In this document: one piece after another, positions 58,780-64,000 of the stretch
Numbering within the stretch: position 1 is the first letter of the stretch
How the letters are laid out: each line of letters begins with the position of its first letter
NCBI GenBank assembly: GCA_963828735.1
Contig: CAWHFW010000005.1
Span: 1,856,001 to 1,920,000 of the forward strand
Length of the DNA: 64,000 nucleotides
Reading direction: 5' to 3'
Source: an uncultured Gemmatimonadales bacterium
Lineage (GTDB): Bacteria; Gemmatimonadota; Gemmatimonadetes; Gemmatimonadales; GWC2-71-9
Made by a program: the position numbers and the translations under genes
Notes under the pieces: model-generated
Told to the model about the DNA's origin: nothing
Databases searched by the model: none
What the model saw: only the letters and a program-made list of their open reading frames with translations

Positions 58780-61065
58780 CTACCGGCCGCCCGGAGGCAC
58801 GTGGTCCTCGAGATACCTGGTGAGCAGCGAAAAGAGATGCAGCCAGGTGCCCTCGCCCTCGCAGATACAGTGGGACCGGTTCGGATAGACCATCAGGGTG
58901 AACGGCCGGTTCGCGGCGACGAGCGCGTTGATCAGGCGCTCGGAGCCCTGGTAGTGCACGTTGTCGTCGCCCGAGCCGTGGACCAGCAGCAGGTTGCCGC
59001 GCAGCCGGTCCGCGAGGAAGAGCGACGAGCCGTCGTGATACGCCTGCTCGTTCTCCTGCGGGAGCCCCATGTAGCGCTCCTGGTAGATCGTGTCGTACAG
59101 CCGCTCGTCGGGGACCGGCGCCACCGCCATCCCGGTCTGGTAGAGCTCGGGATAGCGAAACATGAGACTCAGCGTCGTCGAGCCGCCGCCGCTCCAGCCC
59201 CACACGGCGATGCGCGTGGAATCCACCCAGGGCCACGTGCGGATCGTCCGCGCGGCCGCTGCCTGATCGGCCGAGTTGATCACGCCGATCTTCTTGTAGA
59301 TGGCCTTCCGGAAGGCGCGGCCCCGCGGCGACGGGGTGCCGCGGTTGTCCACGGTCGCCACCACGTAACCGTGCTGGGTCAGCATGAGGTTCCAGAGATA
59401 GTCCTGGCCGTCCCACTGATCGAGCGCGGTCTGGCCCGCCGGCTCTCCGTAGACGTGGATCAGCACGGGGTAGCGCTTGGTCGAGTCGAACCCCGGTGGC
59501 TTCATCACCCAGCCATCGAGGCGGAGCCCGTTCCCGGCATCCACCTTGACCTGCTCAGCGGAGCCGCGACGGAGCCTCGCGACCGCGTCACGCTGCCGCT
59601 GGTTCGCAACCAGCGTGCGCACGCGCTCGTGCTTCGGCAGGCGGATGAGGTCCACCGTGCTGGGCGTGTCCAGGCGCGAGTAGACATGGAACGCCCAGCG
59701 CCCGTCGGGAGAGATCTGGTAGAGGTGGTAGCCGGGCTGGTCCTTGGGCGTCACCCGCTCCTGCTTGCCCTTTCCGTCGAGGCGGGTGCGATACAGGTAC
59801 AGCTGCTGGGCGTTGTCGGGCGATGCCGTGTAGTACACCCATCCGCCGGCCGAGTCCACGCCTTCGACGAACGGCTCGCCGAACGCGCTGGCCGGGTTGT
59901 GCAGATCGAAAGAGCCGGGTGTCACGAGCCGCGACTTGGTCCCGTCGCGCGAGACGACGTAGAGGTGCCGCCAGCCGTCGCGCTCGCTGATCCAGGTGAA
60001 GTCCTTGCCGCCGTTGATCCATCGAAGGTCGTCCACGACGTCCACCCAGGCGCTGTCGCGCTCGGTGAGAATCGTGCGGGTGCGCCCGCTCGCCGCGTCG
60101 CCCAGCATTACCTCGAGCGTGTTCTGGGCGCGGTTCAGGTGCTCGAGCACGACCTCGTTCGAGCTCGCGGCCCACTCGAGCCGGGGGATGTAGTTGTTGC
60201 GCGGGTCGCCGGGGACATCGAACCAGCGGGGCTCGCCTCCGTCCGCGCTCACGACGCCCACGCGCGCCGCGGAGTTCGTGGTGCCCGCCTTGGGATACTG
60301 CACGGGAATGACGAAGGAGTAGAGCGAGTCGGTGTCGTTGATCAGGTCGAAGTCGTGCACGCCGGCGGCATCGAGCTGCCAGAAGGCGATCCGCCGGCCG
60401 TCCGGGCTCCAGCGGAACCCGTCGCGCAGGTTGAGCTCCTCCTCGTACACCCAGTCGAAGGTGCCGTTGATGATCGTCCGGGAGCCGTCGCGCGTGAGCC
60501 GCGTGATCCGGCCGCCGGTGACGTCCTCGACGTACAGATCGTGCTCGCGCACGTAGGCCACCCGCCCGCCGTCGGGCGAGAACTTGGCGAACATGAGCGT
60601 GGACGGCGCCGCGGCCGAGCCGCCGAGCTTGCGAAGGGCCCAGGTGCCGAGATCAAGGGTCCAGAAATCCCCCCGGGTGTTCTGCCGCCACACCCGCCGC
60701 GAGTTCGTGAACAGGAGCAGCCGCTTCCGGTCGGGCGAGAGGGTGTAGCCCTCGATGGCGAGCGGGACCGTGTCGCCGGCGGGAACGAGGCGCGACGCGG
60801 GAACCCAGACCTCACGGCGGCCGCTGGCCGCGTCGTACCGCACGAGCACGGCGGCGCCCTGCGCCGCGCTGTCGGGCTCGAGGCGGGCGTAGGCCGCCTC
60901 GCCCGGGATCCAGCTCGGGCCACCGAGCGGCTCGGGGGCGAACTCGTCCGAGCTGTAGATGCGGTCCAGGGTGAGCAGTGACGAATCGGGCGTCTGCGCG
61001 AGCAGCGCGGCCGAGAGTGCAAGCGTGAGGGTCGCGACGCCCAGAGCGGGGCGCAGGAAGGGCAT
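58780..61065 (-). CDS. Dipeptidyl peptidase IV (S9B)
   Basis: Signal peptide; DWVYEEE, GWSGGG, HGSGDDNVH and the catalytic His region NRSH. Confidence 0.94.
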   Translation of the reverse strand: MPFLRPALGVATLTLALSAALLAQTPDSSLLTLDRIYSSDEFAPEPLGGPSWIPGEAAYARLEPDSAAQGAAVLVRYDAASGRREVWVPASRLVPAGDTVPLAIEGYTLSPDRKRLLLFTNSRRVWRQNTRGDFWTLDLGTWALRKLGGSAAAPSTLMFAKFSPDGGRVAYVREHDLYVEDVTGGRITRLTRDGSRTIINGTFDWVYEEELNLRDGFRWSPDGRRIAFWQLDAAGVHDFDLINDTDSLYSFVIPVQYPKAGTTNSAARVGVVSADGGEPRWFDVPGDPRNNYIPRLEWAASSNEVVLEHLNRAQNTLEVMLGDAASGRTRTILTERDSAWVDVVDDLRWINGGKDFTWISERDGWRHLYVVSRDGTKSRLVTPGSFDLHNPASAFGEPFVEGVDSAGGWVYYTASPDNAQQLYLYRTRLDGKGKQERVTPKDQPGYHLYQISPDGRWAFHVYSRLDTPSTVDLIRLPKHERVRTLVANQRQRDAVARLRRGSAEQVKVDAGNGLRLDGWVMKPPGFDSTKRYPVLIHVYGEPAGQTALDQWDGQDYLWNLMLTQHGYVVATVDNRGTPSPRGRAFRKAIYKKIGVINSADQAAAARTIRTWPWVDSTRIAVWGWSGGGSTTLSLMFRYPELYQTGMAVAPVPDERLYDTIYQERYMGLPQENEQAYHDGSSLFLADRLRGNLLLVHGSGDDNVHYQGSERLINALVAANRPFTLMVYPNRSHCICEGEGTWLHLFSLLTRYLEDHVPPGGR

Positions 61066-61342
61066 GGACGATCTCCCGGTTGGTCGGCTTGGCGTCACCC
61101 GAGGGCTGAATGCCACCCGGCCGAGAAAACCGGGTGGAGAGGGTGCGCCGGCGCGGCTACATCCTGGCCATCAAGACGTCACGACCGAGTCCGGCCGGCG
61201 CGCTCCTCACGCCCCCGGCGGGCGATACGCGATCGGCTTTTCAGGGCGGCGTCGAGATACATCGCCACACCGACTCCCAGCTCGGGTAGGCGGAATAACC
61301 TACGCGCCGAGTCCCGTGAGGGAAGGGAGAGGCCAACGTGTC

Positions 61343-61926
<584 letters not shown>

Positions 61927-61930
<4 letters not shown>

Positions 61931-62739
61931 GGCGCGAAGGCTCCGTTGAGCTCGGCGAACGGGATGCCGCGCGCGAGGCCCGCGAACGTCCCCCGCTCGG
62001 CGATCTCGCGCGCCGCCTCGAGGAAGGCGCCGTACGCGGCTCGCGCCAGCGCACCGCCGACGCTGATGCGGCGGACGCCCATGGCAGCAAGCTCGGACAC
62101 GTGGGCGCCCTCAGCGCCGATGAGCACGTTCACGGGCCTGGGCGCGACCGCGGACACCACCGCGGCGATCGCGGACTTGGTCCCGAGTCCCGGCGCGTAG
62201 AGACAGTCGGCTCCCGCCTCGGCGTAGGCTGTGAGGCGGCGGATCGTCTCCGCGAGATCCGGCCGGCCGACGATGAAACCCTCGGAGCGGCCCGTGAGCA
62301 CCACGCCCGTGCCGCTCGCGTCGATGGCCCCCCGCGCCGCGCGGACGCGCTGGACGGCGAGGTCGAACTCGAAGAGCGGCTGCGACGGATCGCCGGTGGA
62401 GTCCTCGATGGAGATGCCCGCGACGCCCGTACCCGTGGCGAGGAGGACGTTAGCGCCCACCGCGGCCGGCTCCACGGCGAAGCCGCCCTCGAAGTCGGCG
62501 TTCACCGGCACCTCCACCCCGCCGGCGATGGCGCGCAGGTGGGCCAGGACCTCGACCAGGGTGACGTGGTTGTCGCGCCTGCCAAGCGACCAGGCGAAGC
62601 CCGAGCTCGTCGTCGCGAGCGCGGGAAAGCCGAGCTGCGCGAGCAGACGGGCGCTGCCGAGGTCCCACGGGTTGGGCAGGACGAAACAGCCGGTCTCGTG
62701 CAGGCGCCGGAACTCGCGCCGACGGTCGTCGAGGGCCAT
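61927..62739 (-). CDS. Isocitrate lyase/PEP mutase family protein
   Basis: Motifs PNPWD.GSA, ATTSSG, NADFEGG, IEDS and AGADCLYAPG. Confidence 0.92.
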
Positions 62740-62764
62740 GTCGCCAAGATACAACGCAAGCTCT

Positions 62765-63913
62765 CTAGGGGGAGCCGCGGGCGAGGTGTTCGACCGCGCC
62801 GAGCGGCGGCCACGCGCCCTTCGCGACGCGTTCCCGGGCCCTCGCGTCGCGCTTGAGGTAGGCGTCGAGGAAATCGCGCGTCGCCGCGGACACGGCGGCC
62901 CAGGCGGACGCCGTTTCGGCCGTAGCCGCGAGGGCGCTGCGGAGCGCCGGCTGCTCCACGCTCGCGGCGCCGAGGCTGGTGAAGTGGTGATGGTGCATCG
63001 CGGGGACCATCACGAGGTAGCGGTCGGCCGACGTGAGCGACCGCAGCAGCCCGAAATCCGGCGCCATGAACGGATCCAGCCGCTCATACAAGTGGAGAAT
63101 CGGCGCGCGCGCCGAGTCCGGCGCGTACCCCGGCGCCGCCTCGAGGCTTTCGCGGCCGGTGGCGGTGCCGATCCCGCCATCCAGGCTCACGAGGGCGGCC
63201 ACGCGGGGCTCGCGCATGCTGAGGAGCAGCGCCGCGCGCGCGCCGAAGCTGTGGCCGATGACGCCGACTCGGCGAGCATCGACATCGGACCGCATCGCCA
63301 CCCGGGCCAGCACGAAGGCCAGGTCGAGCGCCTGCTCGGAAGCCCGCGCGCCCACTTCCCGCTCATCGGCGAGCGGTCCCGTAATGCGCATCGGCGAGGG
63401 CGCCGTGGCGACGACGAAGCCGTGGCTGGCGAGCGATTCGCAAAGGGGCGCCTGGTCGTGCAGCGTCTGTCCGTTGCCCTGCGCAACCAGCACCAGCGGA
63501 AACCGGCCGGCGGCGGGCGGCGCGTCGGCGGTCGCCACCATCGGTGCGTCGAGCCAGGCCGTGACGGCCGCGGGCGCCGCCCCATGCGCCGCGAGGAAGC
63601 CGGTGAACTCGTCGAGCTCGCGCCGCGCCGCCTCGGCGGGGGCCAGCGAGTCCTGCGGGGGAGGTGTGAGCAGGAAGTAGGTCCGGTACGTGAGGGGCCG
63701 GGCGCCGGCGCCGCGGGCCGGATACCAGATCCCGACGTCGATCGGCCGCGGCGCGCCCGAGGGCAGCGGACGGGTCGAGTCCGCTGCGACGAGGCGGGTG
63801 AACCCCACCGGCCATTCCGCCGTGGAGCGGTCCGGGGTCTGGGCCTTGAGGGAGGTGCCCAGGCCGGCGATCAGAACGGCAAACAGCAACGGGGTAGTCC
63901 AGCGAGGTGACAT
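62765..63913 (-). CDS. Exported alpha/beta hydrolase (dienelactone hydrolase/PAF-AH-like)
   Basis: Signal peptide; motifs IWYPA, LASHGFVV, GHSFG and VSLDG. Confidence 0.82.
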   Translation of the reverse strand: MSPRWTTPLLFAVLIAGLGTSLKAQTPDRSTAEWPVGFTRLVAADSTRPLPSGAPRPIDVGIWYPARGAGARPLTYRTYFLLTPPPQDSLAPAEAARRELDEFTGFLAAHGAAPAAVTAWLDAPMVATADAPPAAGRFPLVLVAQGNGQTLHDQAPLCESLASHGFVVATAPSPMRITGPLADEREVGARASEQALDLAFVLARVAMRSDVDARRVGVIGHSFGARAALLLSMREPRVAALVSLDGGIGTATGRESLEAAPGYAPDSARAPILHLYERLDPFMAPDFGLLRSLTSADRYLVMVPAMHHHHFTSLGAASVEQPALRSALAATAETASAWAAVSAATRDFLDAYLKRDARARERVAKGAWPPLGAVEHLARGSP

Positions 63914-64000
63914 CCAGGCCTCGCGAACGGGGCCGTGTCGATTTCGCCGGCGCCCATTCGACGTGTCGGTAGAGCCAGGGAATCCGTTCCGAACCTCTGC

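Noticed and set aside
57979..60981. 1000-aa plus-strand ORF, and similar long ORFs at 24840-27089, 45376-47298, 47909-50038 and 13799-15670
   Set aside because: They overlap well-supported genes in other frames or strands, are Arg/Gly/Ala-rich with no motifs, and are typical high-GC shadow ORFs.

Overview
High-GC (about 70% by eye), gene-dense chromosomal window with about 54 CDS. I recognised no rRNA, tRNA, CRISPR array, integrase or transposase. The gene content suggests Gemmatimonadota (inference): four Hanks-type Ser/Thr kinases (three starting with a 'Y.[IL]ER.LGR[GS]GM..VYLA.D' motif), a PadR+ADOP permease pair, HEAT-repeat proteins and many lipoproteins. Most genes are regulators, peptidases and oxidoreductases. 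Best candidates for undescribed biology: (1) a BlaI - M56/HEAT sensor - exported HEAT protein module in which both HEAT proteins end in the same PWPWPxPxPRPFP tail and a shared 18-bp palindromic operator precedes both blaI and the effector; (2) a 4-gene ECF sigma operon with CBM48-type glycogen-binding domains on both the putative anti-sigma and a putative outer-membrane protein. Also seen: two ECF41-type promoters, a decayed copy of a lysR 3' end coupled to a kinase start, an internally deleted kinase, a small CPxCG protein and a PadR operator pair. All product calls come from motif recognition, not database searches.
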